Shown here piece by piece: positions 37,017-47,054 of a stretch of DNA of 64,000 nt. The notes below the pieces were generated by a model. It did not search any database and had not been told where the DNA came from. It saw nothing but the letters and a program-made list of their open reading frames with translations. The DNA is from an uncultured Anaerolineaceae bacterium. Lineage in GTDB: Bacteria > Chloroflexota > Limnocylindria > Limnocylindrales > CSP1-4. The DNA lies in the NCBI GenBank assembly GCA_964483405.1, contig CAZABC010000004.1:1329-65328 (forward strand), written 5' to 3'. The translations under genes and the position numbers were made by a program. How positions within the stretch are numbered: position 1 is the stretch's first letter; every line of letters starts with the position of its first letter.

Positions 37017-39671
37017 ATGACGACGCCGGCCGAGCCCACGGCCGAGACGGACCTCGCCGGGCGCCGCCCGGACGCCGACCCATGGATCGGGATCGACGCC
37101 GCGGCGGCGCATCTCGGGATCCCGGTCCGGACGCTCTACCGCCTCGCCCAGCGCGGCAAGGTCCCGGCCGCCAAGGTGGGCCGGACGTGGCGGTTCCGCG
37201 CGTCGCTGCTCGACGCCCACCTCGCGGCCAACGGGGCCGGCCCGGCCGTGGCCGAGCGGACCCCGGTCCCGGCCGAGCGGGTCGAGCGCCCGGACCCGGT
37301 CCGGATGCTGACCGAGCTCGCCGACCTCGCCCTGTCCCTCGCTGAGCGCCGGGACCCGACGGACATCGCCGACCTTCTCGCTCGCGGGCTGACCCGCAGC
37401 TTCGGCGTGGACCTGGCCGGTCTCGTCCAGCGTGACGGTGAGATGGTCCGGACCGTCGTCGGGCACGCCGGCCGCGACCGCGCGGTGGGTCCGGTCACCC
37501 GGGACCACCGGTCCGTCGCCGACGGCGAGCGTCGCTTCCCGCTGCGGGCGCACGAGGGCCTGCGGCGGGTCATCGAGGACGGAGCCGTCCTCGTCCTCGA
37601 TGACGCCGGGCGGGTCAGCGGCCCGGCGGCGTCGATCGTCGCGGCGCTCGGGATCCACTCGGCGCTCGTCGTGCCGATCCCCGAGCGCGACGCGATCTGG
37701 GGCGCCCTCGGGATCGCCAGCCGGACGCCGCGGACGTTCACCGCGTTCGAGATCGAGCGGCTGTCCGGCGTCGCCACGCAGGTCGGCCTCGCGCTCACGA
37801 ACGGTCGGCTCCTCGCCGACGCCCACCGCTGGTCCGAGCATCTCGAGGGCATCGAGGCCCTGAGCCGCGAGCTCAACCGGTCCCGCGGCGTGGCCGAGGT
37901 CGGCGAGGCCGTCGCCCGCGAGATCGACGCGGTCATCGACTGGGACGGTGTCCGCTTCTACGTGCTCCAGCCGGACGGCGAGACGCTCGAGGCGACGACG
38001 CTCCGGGCGCGGGTCCCCTACTACGCCGACGAGACGCCGGAGATGGTCCGGCTCCGCCTGGGCGAGGGCCTCGGTGGGACGCTCGCCGCCGCCAGGCGGG
38101 CCGAGATCGTCGGCGACGTGCTCCACGACCCGCGGATGCAGGACATCCCGGGCACCGACGACGTCGACGAGTCGATGATCGTCGTGCCGCTGGTCTTCGA
38201 GGAGCGCGTCCTCGGGGTCCTCGAGGTCTCGCGGCTCGGGCTCGACATGTTCGACGCCGAGGATCTCCGGCTCCTCCAGATCATCGGGGCGCAGGCGGCC
38301 GTCGCCCTCGCCAACGCCCACCAGGTGGAGGAGCTCGAGCGACGGGCCCGGACCGACGCGCTCACCGGCCTCGCGAACCGGGCGTACTTCACCGAGCGGG
38401 TCGACCAGGCCCTCGCCCGCCGGGCCCGGGTCGGCGGCTCGATCGCGGTCCTGTTCCTCGACCTCGACGGGTTCAAGCTCATCAACGACAGCCTCGGCCA
38501 CGCCGCCGGCGACGCCCTGCTCGCGAGCGTCGCCGAGCGGTTCCGGCGGACGGTCCGCGGCGCCGACACGATCGCCCGCCTCGGCGGCGATGAGTTCGGG
38601 GTCCTGCTCGAGGACGTCACCGACCCCGGCCAGCCGATCGTCGCGGCCGAGCGGATCGGCGAGACGCTCCGGGCCCCGCTGCGGCTGGCCACCCGGCTCG
38701 TGCCGATCCGGGCGAGCATCGGCGTCGTCATCGACGCCGGGGAGGCCCGCTCGGCCGACGAGCTGCTCCGCAACGCCGACGTCGCCATGTACCGGGCGAA
38801 GGCCGCCGGGCGCGGCTCGTACGCGGTCTTCGAGCCCTCGATGCACGCCGCACAGCTGGCGCGCCTCGAGCTCGAGGGCGAGCTTCGCGTCGCGATCGAG
38901 CGCGGCGAGTTCGCCCTGCGGTTCCAGCCCGTCGTCGACCTGCGGACCGGTGACCTCGCATCCGTCGAGGCCCTCCTCCGCTGGGAGCACCCGCACCGCG
39001 GCACGATCTCGCCGCTCGATTTCATCCCGCTCGCGGAGGAGACGGGCCAGATCGTCCCGATCGGGGCCTGGGTCCTCCGCGATGCTTGCCGCCAGCTCGC
39101 CCGGTGGGACCGCGGCGGGATCGTCGGCCCCGCCGTCCGGGTCTCGGTCAACCTCTCGGCCCGCCAGCTCCTCGACGACGCGTTCCTCGACGAGGTCGAC
39201 GCCGCCCTGGCCGAGACCGGCCTGTCGCCCGAGCGGCTCGTCCTCGAGGTGACCGAGAGCGTCATGCTCGTGGACGGCTCGAGCGCGGTCGCGGTCCTCG
39301 ATCGGCTGCGGAGCCAGGGGGTCCACATCGCCCTCGACGACTTCGGCACGGGCTACTCGTCGCTCGGCTATCTCCGATCGCTGCCGGCCGACGGGATCAA
39401 GCTCGACCGGACGTTCACCGAGGGCCTCGGCGTCGAGCGCGAGCGGACCGCGATCGTGGAGGCGGCCATCGCCTTCGCCCACGCCCTCGACCTGAGCGTC
39501 GCCGCCGAGGGGATCGAGACCGACGACCAGCTCGACCATCTCCGTCGGCTCGACTGCGACCTCGGCCAGGGCTTCCGCTTCGCCGCGCCGCTGCCGGCGC
39601 GCGACCTCGAGGCGCTCCTGCGCACCCGGACGACCTTCCTACCGTCGCCCGCGGCTCGCACCGTCGCCTGA
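37017..39671 (+). CDS. Excisionase/MerR-type HTH, GAF, GAF, GGDEF and EAL multidomain protein (c-di-GMP cyclase/phosphodiesterase).
   Basis: N-terminal IDAAAAHLGIPVRTLYRLAQRGKVPAAKVGRTWRF helix-turn-helix. Intact GGDEF (RLGGDEF) and EAL (ALLRWEHP...DDFGTGYSSL...KLD) motifs. Confidence 0.9.
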   Translation: MTTPAEPTAETDLAGRRPDADPWIGIDAAAAHLGIPVRTLYRLAQRGKVPAAKVGRTWRFRASLLDAHLAANGAGPAVAERTPVPAERVERPDPVRMLTELADLALSLAERRDPTDIADLLARGLTRSFGVDLAGLVQRDGEMVRTVVGHAGRDRAVGPVTRDHRSVADGERRFPLRAHEGLRRVIEDGAVLVLDDAGRVSGPAASIVAALGIHSALVVPIPERDAIWGALGIASRTPRTFTAFEIERLSGVATQVGLALTNGRLLADAHRWSEHLEGIEALSRELNRSRGVAEVGEAVAREIDAVIDWDGVRFYVLQPDGETLEATTLRARVPYYADETPEMVRLRLGEGLGGTLAAARRAEIVGDVLHDPRMQDIPGTDDVDESMIVVPLVFEERVLGVLEVSRLGLDMFDAEDLRLLQIIGAQAAVALANAHQVEELERRARTDALTGLANRAYFTERVDQALARRARVGGSIAVLFLDLDGFKLINDSLGHAAGDALLASVAERFRRTVRGADTIARLGGDEFGVLLEDVTDPGQPIVAAERIGETLRAPLRLATRLVPIRASIGVVIDAGEARSADELLRNADVAMYRAKAAGRGSYAVFEPSMHAAQLARLELEGELRVAIERGEFALRFQPVVDLRTGDLASVEALLRWEHPHRGTISPLDFIPLAEETGQIVPIGAWVLRDACRQLARWDRGGIVGPAVRVSVNLSARQLLDDAFLDEVDAALAETGLSPERLVLEVTESVMLVDGSSAVAVLDRLRSQGVHIALDDFGTGYSSLGYLRSLPADGIKLDRTFTEGLGVERERTAIVEAAIAFAHALDLSVAAEGIETDDQLDHLRRLDCDLGQGFRFAAPLPARDLEALLRTRTTFLPSPAARTVA

Positions 39672-39852
39672 GCCCGGTCCCGATCGGCCGGTCGGGCGTG
39701 GGCCATCCGGCCCGCCCGACGTCCCCTCCCGCATCCGCTCCGGTGGCCGCATCGGCCCTTGCCGCCGGACGCCGGGTGGGCGACGCTTCCGCTCGGTGAC
39801 GCCTACCGGTCGGCGATCCGGCCCGGTGGTCGTCGCCGAGCGAGGTGAGGCC

Positions 39853-40563
39853 ATGAAGGTCGAAGCACTCATGCACCGCGACGTCGTCACCGTGCGGCGG
39901 GACACGCCGCTCCGGGAGGTCGCCCGGCTGCTCGTCGAGCACCGCGTGTCGGGGCTGCCGGTCGTCGACGACGCGGGCGCGGTCGTCGGCGTCGTGTCGG
40001 AGGCCGACTTCCTCATCCGGGAGCGAGGGGAGCCGACCGAGCGCCCGCGCTGGCTCGAACGGGTCTTCCGCGGCGGGGAGGGCCTGACGGCCGAGGAGCT
40101 CGTCAAGGTCCGGGCGATGACCGCCGGCGAGGCGATGACCGCGCCCGCGATCGTCGTCGACCCGGCGACGACCGTCGAGTCGGCGGCCCGGACGATGATC
40201 GAGCGGCGGATCAACCGGCTGCCGGTCGTCAGCCGCGGCCGGCTCGTCGGCATCGTCACCCGGGCCGACGTCGTGCGGGCCTTCGTCCGCACGGACGACG
40301 AGCTTCGCGAGGCGATCATCGACGACGTGGTCCGGCGCGCGATGTGGCTCGACGGTCGCGACCTGACGATCACCGTCACGGACGGGGTCGTCCGGATCGC
40401 CGGAACGCTGGAGCGACGCACCGACGTGGCGACGATCGAACAGCTCGTCCGGGCGGTCCCGGGCGTCCTCGACGTCACCGTCGAGGCCGACTGGCGGGTC
40501 GACGATCAGCGGGTCGAGGCGCCGGTCGTCGACATGGTCAGCCCACCCTACGGGCCGCGCTGA
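39853..40563 (+). CDS. CBS-pair plus BON domain protein.
   Basis: Two CBS motifs (VVTVRRDTPLREVARLL...LPVVDDAGAVVGVVS, and a second pair) and a C-terminal BON-like domain. ATG at 39853 with a GAGGTGAGG RBS. Confidence 0.8.
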   Translation: MKVEALMHRDVVTVRRDTPLREVARLLVEHRVSGLPVVDDAGAVVGVVSEADFLIRERGEPTERPRWLERVFRGGEGLTAEELVKVRAMTAGEAMTAPAIVVDPATTVESAARTMIERRINRLPVVSRGRLVGIVTRADVVRAFVRTDDELREAIIDDVVRRAMWLDGRDLTITVTDGVVRIAGTLERRTDVATIEQLVRAVPGVLDVTVEADWRVDDQRVEAPVVDMVSPPYGPR

Positions 40564-40593
40564 GCCCGGCCCCGGCGCGGCCGATGGCGACCC

Positions 40594-43005
40594 TCAGCGC
40601 CCCCGGCGGTCCTTCGCCTTCGACTTCGAGGCCGTGCGGGGGGTGCCGGCGTCAGGGCGGCTCGCCCTGGCGAACGCCGCGAGCCGCGCCTCCACGGCCG
40701 CGTGGACCGCGGACGCCCGGCGGCCGGTGAGGAGCTCGAGCGCCTCGTCGAGCGTCTCGACCGCCCACAGCCGGAACCGGCCCTCGCCGGCCGCGTCCAC
40801 GATCGCCGGCCGGAGCATCAGGTTCCGGGCGTTGGCGGCGGGGAGGACGACCCCTTGCTCGCCGAGCGTCCCGCGGACCTCGCAGACGTCGTAGAAACCC
40901 TCGACCTTCTCGTTGACCCCGCCGACCGGCTGGACCCGGCCCCATTGGTCGACCGAGCCGGTCACCGCGATCGACTGGCGCAGGGGTACCTCGCCGATCG
41001 CCGAGAGGAGCGCGCAGATCTCGGCGAGCGACGCGCTGTCCCCGTCGACGCCACCGTACGACTGCTCGAAGCCGATCGAGGCCCGGATGCTCAACGGACG
41101 CTCCGCCCCGTACCGGCCGCCGAGGTACCCCGCGAGGATGAGGACGCCCTTGCTGTGGATCGGTCCGCCCAGGTCGACCTCGCGCTCGATGTCGACGACC
41201 TCGCCGCCCCCCACGCGGACCCGCGCGGTGATCCGCGACGGCCAGCCGAAGGCCTCGTCGCCCAGCTGGTGGACCGAGAGGCCGTTGACCTGCCCGACCG
41301 CCGTGCCGTCGGTCTCGATGAGGAAGGTGCCGTCACGGATGGCGTCGAGGAGCAGGCCGCGCCGCCGGCCGAGCCGCTTCCGGCGGGCCGCGAGGGCGGC
41401 TTCGACGTCGGCGGCCTCGACCCGCTCGCGTCCGGCGAGCCCGGCCCAGTGATCGGCCTCGCCGACGAGGTCGGCCAGCGCCCGCATCCCCGTCGACAGC
41501 CGCATGCCGTCGCCGGCCACGCGGGCCTGGTGCTCGATGAGCGCCGCGACCGCGGCCGCGGCCAGCGGGCGCCCGCCGACGGAGCGGCTCATCGTCGCCA
41601 TGACCCGGGCGAACAGCCGATCGGCCTCCGGGCTCCGGGCGACCGCGTCGTCGAAGTCGGCGGCCACCCGGAACAGCTCGGGGAACTCCGGGTCGAGCGC
41701 GGTCAGCACATCGAAGAGACGGCGCTCGCCGATGAGCGCGACCTTGACCCGCAGCGGGATCGGGTCGGGCTCGAGGCTGACCGTGTCGACGAGCGTCAGC
41801 GCCCGGGCGATGGACTCGATCCGGATCTCGCCCGCCCGCAGCGCCCGCTTGAGGCCATCCCAGGCGTATGGCTCGACGAGGACCTTGCGGGCCTCGAGGA
41901 TCAGGTAGCCTCCAGCCGCCCGGTGGAGCGCCCCCGCCCGGATGAGGGTGAAGTTCGTCGCCATCGTCCCGAGCTGGCTGACGTGCTCGACCCGGCCGAC
42001 CAGGTTCGCGTAGGTCGGGTGGTCCTCGTAGACGACCGGCGCGCCGGTCTCGCCGCCGTGGTCGACGACGAGGTTGACCACGTACCGCCGAAGCGACACG
42101 GCCTCCTCGGTCGCGACGGCCCGCATCGCGGCCGGCGTCGGGTCGCCCGCCATCGACGCCGCGATGAACTCCTCGGCGTGGGCGACCGCATCGGCCTCGA
42201 CCTCGCCGAGGTGGGCGACGACGTCGGGCAGGTCGGCGACCGTCTCGCGGACCGCGGCGACGGCCGGACCGACGGTCGCCCGGACGACCTCGCGGTGGAG
42301 CGCGGCGAGCTGGTCGCGACCCTCCTGCTCGAGCGTGGGGAGGTGCCGGACGATGACCTGGAGGTCGCCCTCGAGCCGCTCGAGCTCGGCCCGCCGCCGG
42401 GCCTGCTCGTCGGGCGGAAGCGCCTTGAAGGCCTCGGGCTCGAGGACGGCCTCGCCATCGGTCATCGCGAGCCCAAGGCCCATCGGCGTCCGGATCAGGG
42501 CGACGCCGGCGGTCCGGGCACGCTGGTCGAACGCCTCGAGCGTCTCGTCGCGCCGCGCACGCAGGTCGCCCTCGAGCGCCTCTCGCCGGGCCCGGTACGA
42601 CTCGCTCTCGAAGGCCGCCGGGAGCGCCCGCCGCAGCTCGACGACGAGGCGCTCCATCGCGTCGCGGAACGGCCGACCCCGGCCCGCCGGGAGCCGGAGT
42701 GCCCTGGGTCGCTGCGGGTCGCCGAAGCGGTGGACGTAGCACCAGTCGTCGGCCGCCGGCGCGCCGGCGGCCGCACGGCCGAGCGCGTCGCGGATGAGCG
42801 TCGTGCGGCCGCTCCCCTCCGGCCCCTGGACGAACAGGTTGTAGCCGTCGGGTCGCATCGCGATGGCGAACTCGACCGCCTCGACGGCCCGGTCCTGGCC
42901 GACGATCCCCTCGACGGGCTCGAGGTCGGCGGTCGTCCCGAACCCGAGCGAGTCCGGGTCGCAGGGCGTCCGCAGTGCGGTCGTCGGCAGTGGGTCGAGC
43001 GGCAT
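40594..43005 (-). CDS. Lon-like ATP-dependent protease (LonB/COG1067-type AAA plus S16 protease).
   Basis: P-loop-like GPEGSGRTT, with Arg in the usual Lys position. C-terminal Lon protease domain with the Ser region GVDGDSAS and the Lys region PVGGVNEKVEG. Confidence 0.85.
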   Translation of the reverse strand: MPLDPLPTTALRTPCDPDSLGFGTTADLEPVEGIVGQDRAVEAVEFAIAMRPDGYNLFVQGPEGSGRTTLIRDALGRAAAGAPAADDWCYVHRFGDPQRPRALRLPAGRGRPFRDAMERLVVELRRALPAAFESESYRARREALEGDLRARRDETLEAFDQRARTAGVALIRTPMGLGLAMTDGEAVLEPEAFKALPPDEQARRRAELERLEGDLQVIVRHLPTLEQEGRDQLAALHREVVRATVGPAVAAVRETVADLPDVVAHLGEVEADAVAHAEEFIAASMAGDPTPAAMRAVATEEAVSLRRYVVNLVVDHGGETGAPVVYEDHPTYANLVGRVEHVSQLGTMATNFTLIRAGALHRAAGGYLILEARKVLVEPYAWDGLKRALRAGEIRIESIARALTLVDTVSLEPDPIPLRVKVALIGERRLFDVLTALDPEFPELFRVAADFDDAVARSPEADRLFARVMATMSRSVGGRPLAAAAVAALIEHQARVAGDGMRLSTGMRALADLVGEADHWAGLAGRERVEAADVEAALAARRKRLGRRRGLLLDAIRDGTFLIETDGTAVGQVNGLSVHQLGDEAFGWPSRITARVRVGGGEVVDIEREVDLGGPIHSKGVLILAGYLGGRYGAERPLSIRASIGFEQSYGGVDGDSASLAEICALLSAIGEVPLRQSIAVTGSVDQWGRVQPVGGVNEKVEGFYDVCEVRGTLGEQGVVLPAANARNLMLRPAIVDAAGEGRFRLWAVETLDEALELLTGRRASAVHAAVEARLAAFARASRPDAGTPRTASKSKAKDRRGR

Positions 43006-43309
43006 CGGTGGTCACCTCCGGGCCGGGGCGCAGGCCGACCCTACACCCGCCGCGGGTCGCCGGGCAGGGCCATCCGCCCGGGCCGTCGGGCACGATCGCG
43101 AGACCGCTCGAACCCGGACCGATCCATGGCGACGGGTCCTCCGAACAGGAGGGTGACACCGCCGCGACAAGGTGTCCCGCACCCGGATCGCCCGCTCCTC
43201 CTCCCTCACGGGCGATCCCCTCCTCCTCCCTCGCGAACGCCGGGCCTCAGCCCGGCGTTCGTGCGTTCCCGCGGTCCGGTCGGCCCGGCGCCCGCGATAC
43301 CCTGTCGGC

Positions 43310-44482
43310 ATGACCCAGACCGCCGAGATCGTCGTCGTCGGGGCGGGCGTCCAGGGCGCCAGCCTCGCCTTCCACCTCGCCCGGCGTGGCGCCGACGTGC
43401 TCATCGTCGAACGGACGGCCGTCGCCGCCGGCGCGACCGGCCGGTCGAGCGGCTTCGTCCGGATGCACTACGACCTGCTCGCCGAGTCCCGGATCGCCTG
43501 GGCGTCGCTGCCGTACTTCCGCGAATGGGCCGAGCGGGTCGGCCACGGCGACCCGATGTTCGTCGAGACCGGCTTCATCCAGCTCATCGGCGCGCCGTAC
43601 GCCGATGCCCTCCGGGCGAACGTCGCCGCCCAGCAGGCCGCCGGGATCCGGACCGAGGTCCTCGACCCGGCCGGGGTGCGGGCGCTCGTCCCAGGGCTCG
43701 TCGTCGCCGACGACGAGATCGCGGCGTACGAGCCGCTGTCGGGCTACGCGGATCCGACCGCGACCGCGACGGGCTTCCTGGCGGCGGCGCGCGCCGCCGG
43801 TGCGCGGTATCTCGCCGGATCCGAGGTCGCCGCCGTCCGGACCGCCGGCGACCGCGTGATCGGCGTCTCGACCGGCCACGGCGACATCGACGCGCCGATC
43901 GTCGTCGACGCCGCCGGTCCATGGGCGGCGAGGCTCGCCGCGACGGCGGGCGTCGACATCCCGGTCGTGACCTGGCGGCACGACACCGGCTACCTCGGCA
44001 GGCCCGACGGCTTCGCGGCGTCCTTCCCGATCATCATCGACCACCCCGGTGCCGCGTACTTCCGACCCGAAGGCGAGTCGCTCGTCCTCATCGGGCTCGA
44101 GGACGACAACGAGATCGGCGGCTCGCCCGACCGGCCGACCGGCTCGGCGGCGCCGACCTTCACCGAGCGGGCGGCCGAGCGGATCGTGCGGCGGCTGCCA
44201 GCGATGCGCGACGGGACCTTCCACAGCGCCCACAGCGGCCACGACGGGATCACCCCCGACCAGCGCGCCATCCTCGGCCCGGCCGGACCCCAGGGGTTCT
44301 TCCTGGTCTGCGGCTTCTCGGGCACGGGCTTCAAGACCGCGCCGGCGGTCGGGCTCGCGATGAGCGAGCGGATCCTCGACGGCGCGGCGACGAGCGTCGA
44401 CATCGCGCCGTTCGACCCCGGCCGGTTCGCCGCTGGGCGGCCGTTGACCGGCGAGCACCCCTACGAGGCGCTCTGGCGCTGA
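43310..44482 (+). CDS. FAD-dependent oxidoreductase (DAO family; sarcosine/glycine oxidase-like).
   Basis: N-terminal dinucleotide fold IVVVGAGVQGASLAFHLARRG. ATG at 43310. Confidence 0.85.
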   Translation: MTQTAEIVVVGAGVQGASLAFHLARRGADVLIVERTAVAAGATGRSSGFVRMHYDLLAESRIAWASLPYFREWAERVGHGDPMFVETGFIQLIGAPYADALRANVAAQQAAGIRTEVLDPAGVRALVPGLVVADDEIAAYEPLSGYADPTATATGFLAAARAAGARYLAGSEVAAVRTAGDRVIGVSTGHGDIDAPIVVDAAGPWAARLAATAGVDIPVVTWRHDTGYLGRPDGFAASFPIIIDHPGAAYFRPEGESLVLIGLEDDNEIGGSPDRPTGSAAPTFTERAAERIVRRLPAMRDGTFHSAHSGHDGITPDQRAILGPAGPQGFFLVCGFSGTGFKTAPAVGLAMSERILDGAATSVDIAPFDPGRFAAGRPLTGEHPYEALWR

Positions 44483-44552
44483 GCGGCGGCCGCCGGGCCG
44501 GCCGTGGGTGGGCCGGCGCGACCCTCGGGGCGAGAGCCTCCGGCCCTCGCCG

Positions 44553-45557
44553 TCAGCCGATCGCGAGGACCGCCGCGCCTTCGACCCGGCCGGTCGCGAG
44601 CCGCTCGAGCGCGAGTCCGCCGTCGGCGAGCGGGTGGACCTCTACCGCCGTCCGGATCGGGATGGTCGCGGCGAGCTCGAGGAACTCGCGGGCGTCCGCG
44701 CGGGTCACGTTCGCGACGCTCGCCAGCGAGCGCTCCCACCACAGGAGCTCGTACGGGAAGGCCGGGATGCCGTCGAGGTGGATCGCGTTGACGACGACCG
44801 TGGCGCCGCGATCGACGGCCCGGAGCGCCTCGACGACGACGGCCCCGGCCGGGGCGAACGTGATCGCGGCGTCGAGCGGCGCCCCGGCCGGGGCGCCGTA
44901 GGGGCCCGCCCAGGCGGCGCCGAGGTCGCGCGCCCTCGCCTGCTCGACGGGGGAGCGGGTCCAGACGTGGATCTCGCAGCCCCAGTGCCGGGCGACCTGG
45001 ATCGCGAGGAGCGCGCTCGCCCCGAAGCCGAACAGCCCGAGCCGGCCGCCCGGCCGGATCCCCGAGCGGCGGAGCGCCCGGTAGCCGATGACCCCGCCGC
45101 ACATGAGCGGCGCCGCCTCGAGGTCGCCGAACCCGGCCGGGATGGGGACGGCGACGTCGGCCCGGACGACCATCCGCTCTGCGAAGCCGCCGTCGCGGTC
45201 CCAGCCGGTGAACCGGGCGTCCGCGCAGAGGTTCTCGCGTCCCGTCGCGCAGCGGTCACAGGCGTCGCAGGCCCCGCCGAGCCAGGTGACCCCGGCCCGG
45301 TCGCCGACGGACCAGCCCGAGACGCCGGCGCCGACCGCGTCGACGCGCCCGACGGCCTGGTGGCCGGGCACGATCGGCAGCCGCCGGGCGGCCAGGTCGC
45401 CCTCGACGATCTGGAGGTCGGTCCGGCAGACGCCGCACGCGGCGACCCGCAGGGCGAGCTCACCCGGCCCGGGCTCGGGATCGGACCGCGACGCGAGCCG
45501 GAGCGGCCGTGAGGCGGCCGGGCCCGGGCGGTCGAGGACGAGGGCGTGCATCGCCAT
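44553..45557 (-). CDS. Zinc-dependent alcohol dehydrogenase.
   Basis: GVCRTDLQ, GHQAVG, and CDACDRCATGRENLC. The ATG at 45557 (MAMHALVLD); the remaining upstream ORF is artifact. Confidence 0.85.
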   Translation of the reverse strand: MAMHALVLDRPGPAASRPLRLASRSDPEPGPGELALRVAACGVCRTDLQIVEGDLAARRLPIVPGHQAVGRVDAVGAGVSGWSVGDRAGVTWLGGACDACDRCATGRENLCADARFTGWDRDGGFAERMVVRADVAVPIPAGFGDLEAAPLMCGGVIGYRALRRSGIRPGGRLGLFGFGASALLAIQVARHWGCEIHVWTRSPVEQARARDLGAAWAGPYGAPAGAPLDAAITFAPAGAVVVEALRAVDRGATVVVNAIHLDGIPAFPYELLWWERSLASVANVTRADAREFLELAATIPIRTAVEVHPLADGGLALERLATGRVEGAAVLAIG

Positions 45558-45656
45558 CGTGGTACCACCCGACCCGACCGGGCGGCAAGGGTCGCTCGGC
45601 CGGTGGGGTCGGTCCCGTCGGCGGCCCGTCGCGGCGCGCCGGTGTATCGTCGGGCC

Positions 45657-46217
45657 ATGGCCAGACGCCTCCATCGCTTCGACACGCCCGACCGCTTCGT
45701 CGCCGGCACCGTCGGTCAGCCCGGCCAGCGGACGTTCTACCTCCAGGCCCGCGACGGAGCGCGGATCGTGAGCGCCTCGCTCGAGAAGATCCAGGTCGCG
45801 GCCCTCGCCGACCGGCTCGAAGCGCTCCTCGAGGAGCTCGAGCGTCGCGGCGTCGCGCCCGCGGGCGACACGCCACCCCCGGCCGACGTGCGGCCGCTCG
45901 ACGAGCCACTCAACGAGGCGTTCCGGGCCGGGACGCTGACGATCGGCTGGGACCCCGGCGAGGGCTCGATCGTCATCGAGGCGCTCGACATCGAAGCCGA
46001 CGAAACGGACGATGCGGACGTCGGTGACATCGACGACGACGATCCCGACGGCCCGGACCTCCTGCGGGTGCGGCTCGATCTCCCCCAGGCGCGTGCGTTC
46101 ATCGAGCGGGCGCGGCGGATCGTCGCCGCCGGTCGGCCCCCGTGCCCGCTGTGTGGTCGGCCGCTCGACCCCGGGGGGCACATCTGCCCACGACGCAACG
46201 GGACCTACCTGAACTGA
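45657..46217 (+). CDS. DUF3090 family protein.
   Basis: FDTPDRFVAGTVGQPGQRTFYLQA N-terminus and the C-terminal CPLCGRPLDPGGHICPRRNG motif. Confidence 0.75.
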   Translation: MARRLHRFDTPDRFVAGTVGQPGQRTFYLQARDGARIVSASLEKIQVAALADRLEALLEELERRGVAPAGDTPPPADVRPLDEPLNEAFRAGTLTIGWDPGEGSIVIEALDIEADETDDADVGDIDDDDPDGPDLLRVRLDLPQARAFIERARRIVAAGRPPCPLCGRPLDPGGHICPRRNGTYLN

Positions 46218-47029
46218 GCGACCCGGCTGAGCGCGCCGCGGCGTGGCCGCCGCCGCTGACCGTCGACGACGCGACCGCGCTGGCGGTCCTCCGGGACGGC
46301 TCGCTCGAGCTCGTCGGCCGGCTGGTGGCCTCGTCGAACAACGCGATGGTCGGGATCGTCTCCGCGGCCCAGGCCCCCGGCGACGCCGGTCCCATGACCG
46401 CCGATGAGCGTGATCACGCGGCCGGCGCGATCGTCGTCCCGTGCGTCTACAAGCCGACGCTCGGCGAGCGGCCGCTCTGGGATTTCCCCGACGGAACGCT
46501 CGCCGATCGCGAGGCGGCGGCGTTCCTCGTCTCGGCGGCGACGCCGTGGCGGATCGTCCCGCCGACGGTCCTCCGCGACGGCCCGTTCGGCCGCGGGATG
46601 GTCCAGCTCTGGCTCGAGGCCGACCCCACGGCCGACCCGGTCGCGATGGTCGTCGAGGGCGACGAGCGCCTGCGCCGGATCGCGCTCTTCGATGCCGTCG
46701 TCAACAACGCCGACCGGAAGATCGGGCACCTGCTGCCGATGCCCGACGGCCACGTCGGCGGCGTGGACCACGGGATCTGCTTCAACGAGGAGCCGAAGCT
46801 CCGGACCGTCCTCTGGATGTGGCGGGGCGACCCGCTCCGCGACGACGAGCTGGCGGTCCTGCGGGCGCTCCGCGTCGCCCTGCTCGGCGACCTCGGCCGA
46901 GCGCTCGGCGAGCGGCTGGCGCCGGCCGAGGTCGCCGCGACGGCCGCCCGGGTCGACGACCTCCTGGCCGACGGCCGTTTCCCGCACCCGGACCCCGACC
47001 GACCGGCCATCCCCTGGCCGCCGTACTGA
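46214..47029 (+). CDS. SCO1664-family protein (PI3/PI4-kinase-like fold).
   Basis: LVGRLVASSNNAMVG, VVNNADRKIGHLL and DHGICFN motifs. The start codon is uncertain (a possible CTG at 46214 overlapping the DUF3090 stop); the region has no clean ATG/GTG. Confidence 0.65.
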   Translation: MSDPAERAAAWPPPLTVDDATALAVLRDGSLELVGRLVASSNNAMVGIVSAAQAPGDAGPMTADERDHAAGAIVVPCVYKPTLGERPLWDFPDGTLADREAAAFLVSAATPWRIVPPTVLRDGPFGRGMVQLWLEADPTADPVAMVVEGDERLRRIALFDAVVNNADRKIGHLLPMPDGHVGGVDHGICFNEEPKLRTVLWMWRGDPLRDDELAVLRALRVALLGDLGRALGERLAPAEVAATAARVDDLLADGRFPHPDPDRPAIPWPPY

Positions 47030-47054
47030 GCGGTCGGGCGCGTATCCTCGATCG

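Noticed and set aside
40702-44901. 1399-aa plus-strand ORF, and 41333-43159 (minus) and 52053-55064 (minus) ORFs
   Set aside because: Arg/Pro/Gly-rich artifacts overlapping the Lon-like protease, DAO oxidoreductase and nuclease-helicase genes.
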